Source: Camelus dromedarius (Eukaryota). Taken from it: a DNA stretch of 64,000 nt. Positions 13,136 through 24,575 of this stretch are shown one piece after another. The DNA lies in the NCBI RefSeq assembly GCF_036321535.1, contig NC_087437.1, positions 9,114,001 to 9,178,000 of the forward strand. Reading direction: 5' to 3'. The notes under the pieces are model-generated. The model was given only the letters and a program-made list of their open reading frames with translations. It had not been told where the DNA came from and made no database searches. How positions within the stretch are numbered: the stretch's first letter is position 1; every line of letters begins with the position of its first letter. The translations under genes were made by a program, and so were the position numbers.

Positions 13136-14305
13136 AGGTGTGCACTTGCAGGATAGGCTAACGTCAGGTTAAGACCCCTACTTGGCTGCACAAAACGGAT
13201 GCCAAGACAGTACCAGGCGGTAACTTAGCTAAATTCTGGGTCATGTCATGTTGTTCCTTTTATTTTTCTATGAAAATGAGTTAAGTTACATTTCCTGGTT
13301 CAGAGACTGGGACTAAAATATCTCATGGGGAAACAAAAGGAGAAACTTTGGAACTATCTTGGCCCCTTCCAGGTAGCGTACAGCTTTTTATGTCAGATGT
13401 TATCAACGATCATACTTTCTGTAGTATATCGAGTGATGAGCTGGATCATAGAAAAAACAAACAACAAGGATGCTATCCTTATTAGGTACTTCGACTTTCC
13501 TTCCATCTGCTTGATTGATGTGAAATTATCCCGTGGTTATTACATTTCATTAATACCTTTGGGTCTTGTATTCCCATTCCCATGGAAAAGGTACTTTGAA
13601 ATCATTTTCTGAATTTCTATGGAGATTTTAATGAAACACGAGTACACATAAGATAAAAGTTTGTTGCCATCTCATCCAAACACACTCTAAACTCTGTTCA
13701 TCAATTTGCAGATTTGGCCAACAGAGCAAATGTAAATTTTGGAAAATTCCATTCAGCTTATAAGCGTCATGCAAAAAAAAAAAAAGAAAGAAAAAGAAAA
13801 AAATTTTACCTGTTAAATTTTCTGCAAACCTTTACACAGCAGTGTTAAAAAGGAATCTGATTTGCTTATCTGTGATAGTGAAGATTTTGTAATGACGTTT
13901 TTCTTATCACTTTTGTGTTTCCTCAAAATGTGCCGAAGCACTTAATGGTATTTTAGACTTTATTGAAATAAAAGGTGCCTACAGATGGCTCTCACTGATG
14001 TCAGCCACGCGAAAGATATTAAAATGTTGGTCTATTGTAAAATCACATATTCAAAATTTGGGGGAAGAAGAATGTTCTCCAATTTAGAAATACACTGAGG
14101 ATGGAGAATGGGAAAAGGTTTACAGTAAAACAGAAACTTACACGGTGTTTCTCTGAAATTGTGTGATGCTCTTCAAAGAACCATAATGGGTCAAAAAAGG
14201 ATAAACTGACTGCACCTATATTATTTGACGGTGTGTGTAGGTTGTGACAAAAACCTGTACAATGAAAAACATGACTCATTTTTTTTGGAAATAAGACTGT
14301 TCTGA

Positions 14306-14460
14306 TTTTTGGTTTGTTTGTTTGTTTGTTTGTTTTTGGCACGGGGGGTAATTGGGTTTATTTATTTTTGGAGGAGGGATTGGGGACTGAACCCAGGACC
14401 TCACGCATGCTAAGCATTCAATCTACCACTTGAACTATCCCCTCCCCCAGAGCTATCCCC
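14306..14460 (-). mobile_element. Camelid tRNA-derived SINE (vic-1 type) with (TTTG)n tail
   Basis: Reverse complement reads ggggagggatagttcaagtggtagattgaatgcttagcatgcgtgaggtcctgggttcagtcccc, with A/B boxes, then aaataaataaacccaattacccccc. Confidence 0.8.
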
Positions 14461-14809
14461 TCTCGCAAAGCGGTTCTGAATCCAAGAATATGTCTACAGA
14501 AAAGAGAAGCCAAGTTTAATAGCATTTTTCATATCTTTACTAAACCTGTAATTTATCTGGAATCCAATTTTGATTTCATAAGTTCAGATTATCTCTGTGT
14601 TTTAAAATCACTTTCCTGAAGCAATTTAAATGGTGATGAAATGCAATGAACATTCAAATGCTTAAAAATGATGGCTATCTTAGACAGGGATGTTCTGTAT
14701 GATGATTTTATAGATGCAAAAGGCCTGATTGACAAGCAGCTCGTCTACCAAAACAAGCAGATAGATACAAAATGGGTGACATTACTGCCAGTGTTTTTTA
14801 CTTCAGCCA

Positions 14810-15300
14810 TCATAATAGGTATGTCGTCGTATCTCATTGTTGTTCTAATTTGCAGTTTCTTAATGACATACGATGTTGAGCATCTTTTCATATGCTTATT
14901 TCCCATCTGTATATCTTCTTTGTTGAGGTTCAGGTCTTTTGTACACTTGATAATTGGGTTGTTTGTTTCTTTTTTTATTGAAACATAATAGACGTAACAG
15001 TATTATATTAGTTTCAGGTGTACAACACAATGAGTTTATATTTTTGTACATTATGAGGCAATCACCAGGACAAGTCTAGATACCATCTGTCACCATACAA
15101 ACTTATTGTGCTATTATTGGCTATATTCCCCATGCTGTACATTACATCCTCACAACTTATTTATTCTATAATTGGAGGTTTGTACCACTTAATCCCCTTC
15201 ACCTATTCACCCAGCCTCTCACCCCTGCCCCTTTGGCAACCACTAGTTAGTGCTCTGTTATCTGTGAGTGTTTCTGTTTTGATTTTCTCTGAGTTTTTCT
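14810..15300 (-). mobile_element. Older L1 pieces (ORF2 end plus L1MA-type 3' end)
   Basis: atctcattgttgttctaatttgcagtttcttaatgacatacgatgttgagcatcttttcatatgc; tttcaggtgtacaacacaatga...cccttcacctattcacccagcc...ggcaaccac. Confidence 0.75.
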
Positions 15301-15959
15301 GTTTTTTTGGTTTTGGTTTTGGTTTTGGTTTTTTTAGTATTGAAGTTTTTTTTGGTTTGTTTTTTGCTTTTTTTTTTTTTTTAATTGATGTATAGGCAGT
15401 TTACAATGTTGTGTCAATTTCTGGTGTACAGCATAATAGTTCAGTCATGCATACACATATATATATTCATTTCCATATCCTTTTTCATTATAGGTTACCA
15501 CAAAATATTGAATATAGTTCCCTGTGTTATACAGTATAAACTTGTTGTTTATCTATTTTATATGTGGTAGTTATTATCTGCAAATCTCGAGCTCCAAATT
15601 TATCTGTTCCCACTCTCATATCCCTTTGTTAACCATAAGTTTGTTTTCTAAGTCTGTGAGTCTGTTTCTGTTTTGTAAATAAGTTCATTTGTCCTTTTTT
15701 AGATTCCACATGTAAGTGATATTATATGGTATTTTCCTTTCTCTCTCAGGCTTACTTCACTTAGAATGACAATCTCCAGGTCCATCCATGTTGCTGCAAA
15801 TGGCATTATTTTATCATTTTTGTGACTGAGTAGTATTCCATTGTATAAATATACCACAGCTTCTTTATCCAGTCATCTGATGGACATTTAGATTGTTTCC
15901 ATGTCTTGGCTATTGTAAATAGTGCTGCTATGAACATTGGGGTGCATGTATGTTTTTGG
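15300..15959 (-). mobile_element. Young L1 3' end with T-rich tail, running into an N gap
   Basis: ttaattgatgtataggcagtttacaatgttgtgtcaatttctggtgtacagc...ttagattccacatgtaagtgatattatatgg...gctatgaacattggggtgcatgt. Confidence 0.9.
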
Positions 15960-16273
15960 NNNNNNNNNNNNNNNNNNNNNNNNNNNNNNNNNNNNNNNNN
16001 NNNNNNNNNNNNNNNNNNNNNNNNNNNNNNNNNNNNNNNNNNNNNNNNNNNNNNNNNNNNNNNNNNNNNNNNNNNNNNNNNNNNNNNNNNNNNNNNNNNN
16101 NNNNNNNNNNNNNNNNNNNNNNNNNNNNNNNNNNCTCATGGNNNNNNNNNNNNNNNNNNNNNNNNNNNNNNNNNNNNNNNNNNNNNNNNNNNNNNNNNNN
16201 NNNNNNNNNNNNNNNNNNNNNNNNNNNNNNNNNNNNNNNNNNNNNNNNNNNNNNNNNNNNNNNNNNNNNNNNN
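15960..16273. other. Assembly gap (N), with a 7-bp island ctcatgg at 16135-16141
   Basis: Two N runs separated by 7 called bases. Confidence 1.
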
Positions 16274-16860
16274 CCTAACATACAGTAATCAATGGATATA
16301 TTCCTCATTCTTTTTACATCTGCATAATTCTCCATTTTTTTAATATATTATGATTTAACTGGTACATATTAATGTTTTGGGGTTGTTTTCAGTTTTTCAT
16401 AATTAGTAAAATAATACTATTAATAGCTGTGCAATGGGTTATCTTGATTATTCTTTTCATACTTTTGATAGTATATTTTCGGAATATATTCTTACGAGTG
16501 ATCCTTCTGCATGAAAGGGAAAATGCAGTGGAAGTTTGCTCGAGATTACCAAATTCTCCTTCATGGGGCTGTGCCATTTAATGTCCCCACTATTAATGTA
16601 TGAAGTACCTGTATTCCAACAGAGTATTTTGTCCTGAAAATACAGCCCGAGTAACAGAGAATATTGAATCTTTGCCTATACCTGAAAGATGAAAACTTTT
16701 GCCTTAGCTCTTTGACTAAATGATTAGACCCTAATGTTAATAACTGGGCAATTTGGGAAAAATCGAGCACCCGCTATATTACTGCTGACATACATCAAAA
16801 ACTTAACACTTCAAAAAAAAAAAAAACTTAACACTTCATAATAGCCTTAAAATAGCACAT

Positions 16861-17322
16861 TTGTGGGCTGAACTATGTCTTTTCAAAATTCACATACTGA
16901 AGTCCCAATACCTCGTACCTCAGAATGTAACCATATTTGGAGATAGAGCCTTTGAAGAGATGAATGAGTTGAAATCAGTTCCTATGGGTGAGCTCTAATC
17001 CATGCAACTCTATTTGGAAATAAGGCTTTCAAAGAGGTATTTAAATTAAAATGAGGCCCATAGGGTGGGGCCCTAGTCCAGTGGGACTGGTGTTCTTACA
17101 AAGAGACAACGAAATACCAGGGTACACACGCACGTTAAAAGTCATATGAGGACACGGTTAGAAGGTGGCCATCTGCAGGCCAAGGAGAGAGTTCAGAAGA
17201 AACCAAATCTCTCAGCACCCTGATCTTGGACGTTTGGCCTCTGGAACTGGGGGAATATAAATTTCTATTGTGTAAGCTATGTGGCTGTGCTGTTTTGTTA
17301 TGACAACACTAGCCAACTGACA
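16861..17322 (+). mobile_element. MaLR LTR, MLT1A/B-like, with an internal ~77-bp duplication
   Basis: tgtgggctgaactatgtc...aaaattcacatactgaagtcc...gaaggtggccatctgcaggccaaggagagag...ttgttatgacaacactagccaactgaca. Confidence 0.8.
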
Positions 17323-17544
17323 CCGTATTTACCGGCTAGTGATTTCTTGAGTCTACTCTTCCAATTGGTAACAACTGTCAATCAAAAGAGGTCTCACAGA
17401 CATTTTGTAATTCAGAAAATGGAATAAAAATGGTGACATTTTAACAATGGGGCAGGGCCTGTGATACTATATAACTAACTATTTATTAATTCAAAGTATC
17501 AATCAACTACTGCCGACCCAAATAAGCATATCTCCAGCTTACTC

Positions 17545-17731
17545 TCTTTTAATCCAGAAATTCTCAAAATGTAGGCTCACCCAGCACCTCCTGGGAGCTT
17601 GTTAGAAACACACATCTTGGACCTTACTCCAGAACAACTAAACCATAAACCTTGGGGGTACAGCCCAGCTGTTTGTGTATTAATAAACTCCCCAGGTGAG
17701 TCCCGGACACATTTAGGTGTGAGAACCACTG
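17545..17731. mobile_element. MER5A-like hAT-Charlie MITE
   Basis: ttctcaaaatgtagg...cacctcctgggagcttgttagaaacaca...taataaactccccaggtga...tgagaaccactg. Confidence 0.7.
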
Positions 17732-17949
17732 TCATGATTCACCTCCACCAACCACCAGTGTGACCTCTAGACCTAAAATTCAGGTTTTCTAGTGAAACTC
17801 CCCTCCCATATTCAGCTAGTTTCAATAGGTTGAATCCCTTCTTATGAAATAGAAAAAATGACGTATACCACAAGCATTGCTCTGATAATTTCTTAAAAAG
17901 TAGCAGCAAAACTATAGTCAATATGATCTTTTACTAGAAGAAGTGTGCA

Positions 17950-18200
17950 AATGCTTGTGGGTTAGGGTTTAGAGTTCATAGCCTACGTTTGAATCTCAGG
18001 TTTATCACTTATTCATTCTATATTCATGGACAAATTATTTACCTTCCTCACTCATGTCATGGGAGTAATGATGCCTACCTTATGGGATATCTGAGGATCA
18101 AATTAGTTGTGCATGTAAAATGTTTAGAACAGAGCTTGGTGTATAAGAAGTGGTCAATAGATATTAGTTGTTGTTGTTGTTATTATTATTATTATTATTA

Positions 18201-18237
<37 letters not shown>

Positions 18238-18247
18238 CATCATTATT
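17950..18247 (+). mobile_element. MIR whose tail has expanded into a (TGT)n/(TAT)n microsatellite (18169-18247)
   Basis: MIR 3' end tgtgcatgtaaaatgtttagaacagagcttggtgtataagaagtggtcaatagatattag runs directly into about 25 TAT/CAT triplets. Confidence 0.75.
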
Positions 18248-18249
18248 CC

Positions 18250-18450
18250 ACCTCTTCCACATTACCTCTCACACTCCACCTCACATTTTGCTCCAGTAAC
18301 ACTGAACTGCTCATCATATCCTGAATATACTGTTTATTCTATTATTTTACTTATTCTAAGCCTTTACTTACATTGTTTCCACTGCCTCAAACCCTCATCT
18401 CATGGCCTTTGTTGCCTAAATAACGCTTACTTATTTTTTCAACAGAACTC
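18250..18450 (+). mobile_element. L2 3' fragment
   Basis: ttgctccagtaacactgaactgctc...gcctttacttacattgtttccactgcct resembles the L2 3' consensus. Confidence 0.5.
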
Positions 18451-18469
18451 ATTGATCATTTCTTCCAAG

Positions 18470-18850
18470 AAGTGGAAGCGATCCAGATGCTCATAAGCCA
18501 CTTTGCTCGTCCTGGGCTGAAAGCTAGCTGGCATTTCCCAGTTCCCCTTGTCGTTTCCGTGTGGCTTTGCAATTGATTTCTAGCCAATGGAATTCAAGTG
18601 GAAGTGACAGGAGACTCGCCCATGTCTGGCCTCGGAGAACCTCTCCAGGATAATCCTCTATCCTCTCTGTCTGTTACGCTGAAGATTAAGCAAATGCTTC
18701 CAGGAAAGGACAGAATCATCAGATGAAAGGATCCTGGGTACTAAGTGAGCATCGGAATCCCATCATCCTAACCATTAGGAACACATCTGTTGTAATCATT
18801 AATAAAAAGTGCTAAGCTGGTGACATTTAGAGATTCACATCACAGCAATG
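18470..18850 (+). mobile_element. Old MaLR LTR (MLT1J-like)
   Basis: catttcccagttccccttg...ttctagccaatggaattcaagtggaagtgaca...agatgaaaggatcctgggt. Confidence 0.55.
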
Positions 18851-21194
18851 AGCATGACCCCAACAAACACACTTTACAATCATACTGAAAGCATATTATT
18901 CACATTATGTTTTCATGTATCCGGATGACTTACTAGACGGCTGCAACAATTCTGAGTTTGGAGACCGTGCAGTGTCTTACTCGTATTTGTGTCCCCAAGT
19001 AAACGCAGTTATTCAATAAAGGCTTGAATTCAATGAATAATGACTTGAAGTATTGGGAGGCACATGGAAATGACCTATTTTAGGTGATTAAAACATGTTA
19101 TTGAATGGGCACAGCAATGCTTGCGGTATATGTAATTTTCTCTATTTTGTAAGCAAGGGAAGGAACACAAGAAGACAAGCAATTTGGGCAAAGTCAACAG
19201 CCACCATATTGCGAAAGCATACCCACATCTGCCCAACTTTAAAGCCTGTGTAACTTTCTTGAAACGAGTGTCACAGAGTCTAAGGAAATCTATAATTCAT
19301 ATTCATAACCTTTTTGGAAATACTTGGGCCATATTTTGGCTCCATGGTTCTCTGATGGAGAAGAAAACTTCCAAAAATCCCAGAAATAAGTTTTCTTTCT
19401 AGGGAAGCTTATTAGAAATTATCATTTTGCAAAATATTTTTGTTCTATCATGGTCATCTATTTTGTTTTTTAAAAAGTCTTCAGACGTACCATTCGAGTA
19501 AGTATGCTGGGTTTTTTTTTTTTTTTAATGGGAGAAAGGAGGTGATTTTTTTTCTTCGAACAATGAGGTGGTTTACAATTTAATCAAAAATAAAATACCA
19601 GCAACTTGTTATCTTCCAACAAGAACTCTGCAGTCCTTTGCTTGCACACTCCTTATTAGTCTCCTTGGCAACGGGTAATCACTTGTTTCCCATAAAGAGA
19701 TGAAATGCCAACAAATATGTAATAGTGGCTCGATACATCAGCAAAGTGTTATAATGACAGCATAATAAATCTGAACATGAAAAGTTAATAGCCACATTAG
19801 TGACAGCCTAACTATAGTGTGAGAAGTACACGGAGCCTGCATTTTCTGCTTCCGTTTCATTCTCTTTGTGATACTCAGTTAGCTCTCCCTAGAACGCCCT
19901 CCTCCCACCCTCCCTCCTTCTGCATCGCCTGAAACCTGTGAAGGGAAAGAAACTCTTCAATAATGAAAATGGACCTATTAATAATCTCTTCTTTTCTCCC
20001 CCACACACACAAAAAAAGGATGTTAAATTGGCTGGATCCAGGTCAATATTTCTATTAAAAAAAATATGAGTTTGGGGTCATCCTTAAAGCGTTCAAATGT
20101 GTACTTTGAGCCCCGTATGTTTACGTAAATATGTTACATTTTGGGGTCTTCACCTTGATTAGGTCCCATCAGGGTCATTTATCTCTGTTGGGATATGATC
20201 TTTGTCCTCTGATTAAGTACCACAGCTCCGTCATAAAGGCCAACGCGGAACTCGCCATGGTTCCTTCACTGCGGAGGCCGGGGAGTCTGGGGCGGGCTTA
20301 GAGTCATTGCCCCTGGAGATGAAACTAGGTACGTTGAGTCTGCTTGACCCAAGAGGGGCCGTCGCCTTTTCTCCTTGTTGCTGGGAGTACACGGGCTTTT
20401 GCAGTGGTCAGTGAAAGCCACTGCTTCAATTCATCCTCAGAATTAACAGTGCTTAGCAGTGGCCCCAGATTTAGGCCAAAATGAGAAGCTGGCCACACAG
20501 GCCTCCTATATCTCCTCTCTTCTTTGTTTTTAACCCCAATTCTTTCATTTCCAATGTTTCCTTCTAGTCTTTTCCATCTTCCTTTAACCTTGGGTACCTT
20601 ATTCTGTCTTTTCCTTGGAGAGAGTACAGAGCCATCTGAAAAATGTGTCTCCTCTAAGATGTTAAGTGGTCCAATATAAAAAGATGAGACTAGAGAATAA
20701 AACAGACTTAAGAAGTATAAAACTAATAATATAAATATTACGATAATATTGGAAATTGTTGCTATCACCTGACAAGTACTTAGCATGTATCAAGCAGTGT
20801 GCCCAATTCTATGCACATTATTTCCATTAAATCCTTATAATATGGATGTTACTATCTTGATTTTACAGGCAACTGAGGTTTTCATTGATATTAAACACCA
20901 TGTCCAGGATCTCATAACTAAAAAGTGGCAGAGTCAAGATTTTTGACCCACATCAGCCTGTTTTCAAAGCCACTGCAGAGTTGAAAGGGTCATTTAAGGC
21001 TTATTAATATTTTTTTTTACAAACTGGAGTCATCCTTCATCCAGAATTCTTTGAGGGTGATTAACCAAACTCTGAATAGCTGCAGGTCCCTGCCTTCCAA
21101 GGCATCTACTTCATCATTAATAATAAGGAAAAGAAGAGCTGCTATTCCTGTAATGTCTGCAACGTCCCAGGAACAGCCCTAAGCCCAGGGCATG

Positions 21195-21945
21195 ATCAGT
21201 GCTTTTAACCGTGGACTCTGGAGTCACTGCCTGAGTCTGAGTCCTAATTTTACCCTTGTGAGACCTCGGGACACTGCACCTGACTTAACACTTTAGTTTC
21301 CTCATTTCTAAGATGGACAATAATAAGATTCCTTATCAGGTAGGGTTATTATGAGAACAGAATGAGGTCATTCACATATAACTCTTGGGATAGTGTTACT
21401 GAGTCCAAACTCGTTCTGCTCGCTGCAGGACAGGTCCACAAATCGGGAGACGAGGTGTCGGGGCAAGGAATAATGACTTTATTCGGAAAGCCGGCAGATA
21501 ATCTTCTGGAGAACCATCTTCCCCGAGTCAGAATTCAGGCTCCTTTTATACTAAAAAGGGGAGGGGGTGTGGTTGGTTAGTGCAAACTTCTTGGTGTAGG
21601 AATTCTTTGTTCTTTGAATCCTTTGTTCTTGCAGCTGTCCATGCAGATCAGGTCATGGTGTCCCTGTAAACCTCCAACAAAATAAATGTTGCAACTTTTT
21701 ATTTTCATATGAATGTTAAAGTGTTAATATCCTTAAAGGTCAGAGCCTTGAGAGTGGGCTCTCCTGCATATTTCAGGCCCTAGGCAACATTCTGTTACAA
21801 AAGGTGCAGAGCCAGCATGACTGAGCCCAGGAGAAAGAGCACAGGTTATAGCTAAAGGAACAGAGCTAATATGGAGTTAGAATTGTTCTTCCCTATGACA
21901 CTGCGACGGCACATACAAGGCATGGGCATTTGCTAAACATTAACG
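21195..21945 (+). mobile_element. MIR split by an LTR insertion (MIR parts 21195-21393 and 21901-21945)
   Basis: ttagtttcctcatttctaagatggacaataataag...ggttattatgagaacagaatgaggtcattcacatataactcttgggatag | LTR | ...ggcacatacaagg. Confidence 0.65.
21394..21900 (-). mobile_element. Solo ERV1-type LTR, relatively young
   Basis: TG...CA termini (tgttactgag...cctatgaca), minus-strand TATAAAAG at 21543-21550 and AATAAA at 21478-21483; CpGs retained. No clean TSD. Confidence 0.75.
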
Positions 21946-21974
21946 AGATTGTAAGTTGCTTTCACTGCTCTTGA

Positions 21975-22175
21975 ATGCAGGACAACGCGCTAAGCAAGTT
22001 ACATACATTATTTCACTGATCCTTCCAGTAATTCTGTGAGTTATGCACTATGGTTAGCCTTATTTTGCCAATAAGGATGAGGCACAGAGGGGTTATGTAA
22101 TTTTCCTGAGGATACAGAGTGAGTTGTGTCCGAGCCCGGATTCTAACCCGGGCATTGCATATCTAAAGCATGCCT
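21975..22175 (-). mobile_element. MIR
   Basis: cattattttcactgatccttccagtaattctgtgag...gatgaggcacagaggggttatgtaattttcctgagg...gagcccggattctaacccggg. Confidence 0.75.
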
Positions 22176-23559
22176 TCTCGGCAGCCGGCACACTGACTTT
22201 TTATTGTTAGGTAACGTTATCAGTTAGATGACATATTTCGTGGTGAAGGCAATTTGTGTCCGTGACACTGACTCCTTGATCTTAGTGTTTGTGATTCATA
22301 GTTTACACACCTCACTGAACCATGAGCACGTTCTCTTTCTTTACATCAGATGCTCCCCATCACTCTTACCCGCCCCACCCCAACAGCCCTGCTTCTCTAA
22401 CTTTACTCCACAAAGCATTTGTTTGGGAAACTCTGGGGAAAATTCACAAGACAAGCAAGAAAACAGAGATTTCATAAGGTATTTTGACCAAAAGCCTGTC
22501 TTAAATTGAACACAGGCAGACTGACATAGGAATAAGTCTTTTCTTATGATGGAAAATTGTAATAAATACACAATCCCATTGAATCCGGGAATTTGTCAAC
22601 CAGTCCTCTGAGATGAGTCAGTACCTTATCCTTCTTTGCCACAAGGAGAGGGGCATGACGTCCAGGTTTCACTCTACCCGGAGGGGACGGAGGAGTCTGG
22701 CTTGGCAACCTGGGTTACCATACACCCACCATGCAGTGCCCTCCAGGGATCCGCAACGTTAGCAAAGTTATTTCCCTGTTGCAAATGTGTATCATAGCAA
22801 CATGCACATTTTTAATAAATAAATGGCTCTCCAAATAACTTTATTCACTGAGGAGAGATTTCAGATTCTTGCCTCTCCATCTGAACAGCCCTCGATGTTC
22901 TGTTCTTCCTGTGTTGAATCTGAAAACCACCCTTTCTTCCCTCTCCGTAAATTATTATCACAAGTAGAAAATGCTTTGGTTTTCAAGGGCTGGTTAATGT
23001 TTTTTTCAGAATTCTCTGGAGTTATTGGAGAAACAGTGTCCAGGATGAGAGTTTGATTTAAAAGGATGGATCTCTGTTGGACGTCATTTCTGAATCTGCC
23101 GCTAGGAAGCTGACTTGGCTGAGGAATTGCCCTGATTCCATTTCCAATCAATTCATACCTGGAAGGCAGAAGTAAGAGTCTTGCAGTTTACAAGGAATAG
23201 GGGATGATGGAGTAAAAGAAAGAATACAAGATAGATCATTAAATAATTGTTACACACATAATTACTTGAGGAATTAGGCAGTTGAACCGATGAAATCAAG
23301 CCAAGTTCCAAGTAACCTCTGTTGAAATGCCAAACAGCTGCGAATTCACTCACCCCACAGCCTACCCCACCTCTCTCCTCCGTGGTCGTCGGTGAGTGGA
23401 TTTAACATCAGCTGAAGGCTCCTCTTACTGAATGTCTCGCTGTCTGAAAAATACTTGCCCAGCCTCTGTAGACCAGAACTTCATTGTTTAGAAAGACCAC
23501 AGCGTCCCTTCCTGTGTGACTCTAGACAAATTTCAGACCCTCCTCCAACTTTCTGAAAT

Positions 23560-23825
23560 GCTCTCTCATCCAGAAACCTGCCCTCACCTCCTGTCTCTCC
23601 TCGTCCACCTAGAAGTTAGGCACCTCTTTTTTGGTTCTCATAGCATGCTGCACACTTCCCTAGCATATCTGCATTTATTCATCTGCATGCCCATTTACTG
23701 CCTAAAGCATGAAATTCTCAAGGCAGATGCTAGATTTTACGCATTTTTTTAAACCCAATTGCTTAGTAAATTGTTTTTTAAAGAAATGTTTGTTGGATGG
23801 CCGGCTGGGTGGATGGCTGAACTTA
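23560..23825 (+). mobile_element. L2 3' end
   Basis: tctcatccagaaacctgccctcacc...catgaaattctcaaggcagatgc...cttagtaaattgt...aaatgtttgttggatgg. Confidence 0.55.
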
Positions 23826-23904
23826 ATGATAAGACCTAATAGAAATCTAGGCATCACTACCTTTAAAGCTCACTAATTAAAAATTCATTAATTCAGGTGA
23901 TGAT

Positions 23905-24140
23905 TAAATAAAAGAGCAACTGGTTTTAAAGAAAAAAGACTTGGGTGTAAATATCTATGGTAGTCCTTACTTGCTATTTGGTCTTGTTCTGATTGCTTAA
24001 CTTCTGAGACCATGAACTGTCTCTTTTATAAATTGGGCCTCATAATACTGAGCGCAAAGGATTTTTACAAAAAATAAACAAGATAATGTATAGAAAGGGT
24101 CTAGTCAATTATAAGTGCCTCCAAAACGGTAACTATTGCT
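23905..24140 (+). mobile_element. MIR
   Basis: ttgcttaacttctgagaccatgaactgtctcttttataaattgggcctcataatac...gataatgtatagaaaggg. Confidence 0.55.
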
Positions 24141-24409
24141 ATTTCTAAACCCAAGAACCTCCCTACAAGTTAAAACGTATTTTTTTTTCTAAATAAAAAT
24201 AATTGAAGTCATCCAAGCACACAGAAATACAGGCACAGACATTTTTCTTCTTAACACTAATGTTCAAACCAATAGAAATATGAATGTGCACACACACAAA
24301 ATCAGGAGTTTAAAAATGTCTGTTCTCTGAAAATACCAGTTTTGGCTAAAGAACTCTTGCTTGTCTGTACAAGGCATACTGAGAAATAAGAATAAGAAGA
24401 AGAATGTAA

Positions 24410-24575
24410 TATTTCTATAATGCTTATTATGTGCCAGGTGCGGTTTTGAGCACTTTACCTGTGTTAAGTTAAACAGGTAATGATGTGAATGAAATATTAG
24501 TATCCCCATGTCACAGGTAGGGAAACTTAGCACAGAATAATTTGATAACTGGCTCAAGCTCATGCAGAGAGTAAA
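24410..24575 (-). mobile_element. MIR
   Basis: gcttattatgtgccaggtgcggttttgagcacttta...atccccatgtcacaggtagggaaacttagcacagaataatttgataactggctcaagctcatgc. Confidence 0.75.

Noticed and set aside
14380-14450. tRNA-like sequence with A/B boxes here and at 48260-48330
   Set aside because: These are SINE heads with AT-rich tails, not tRNA genes.
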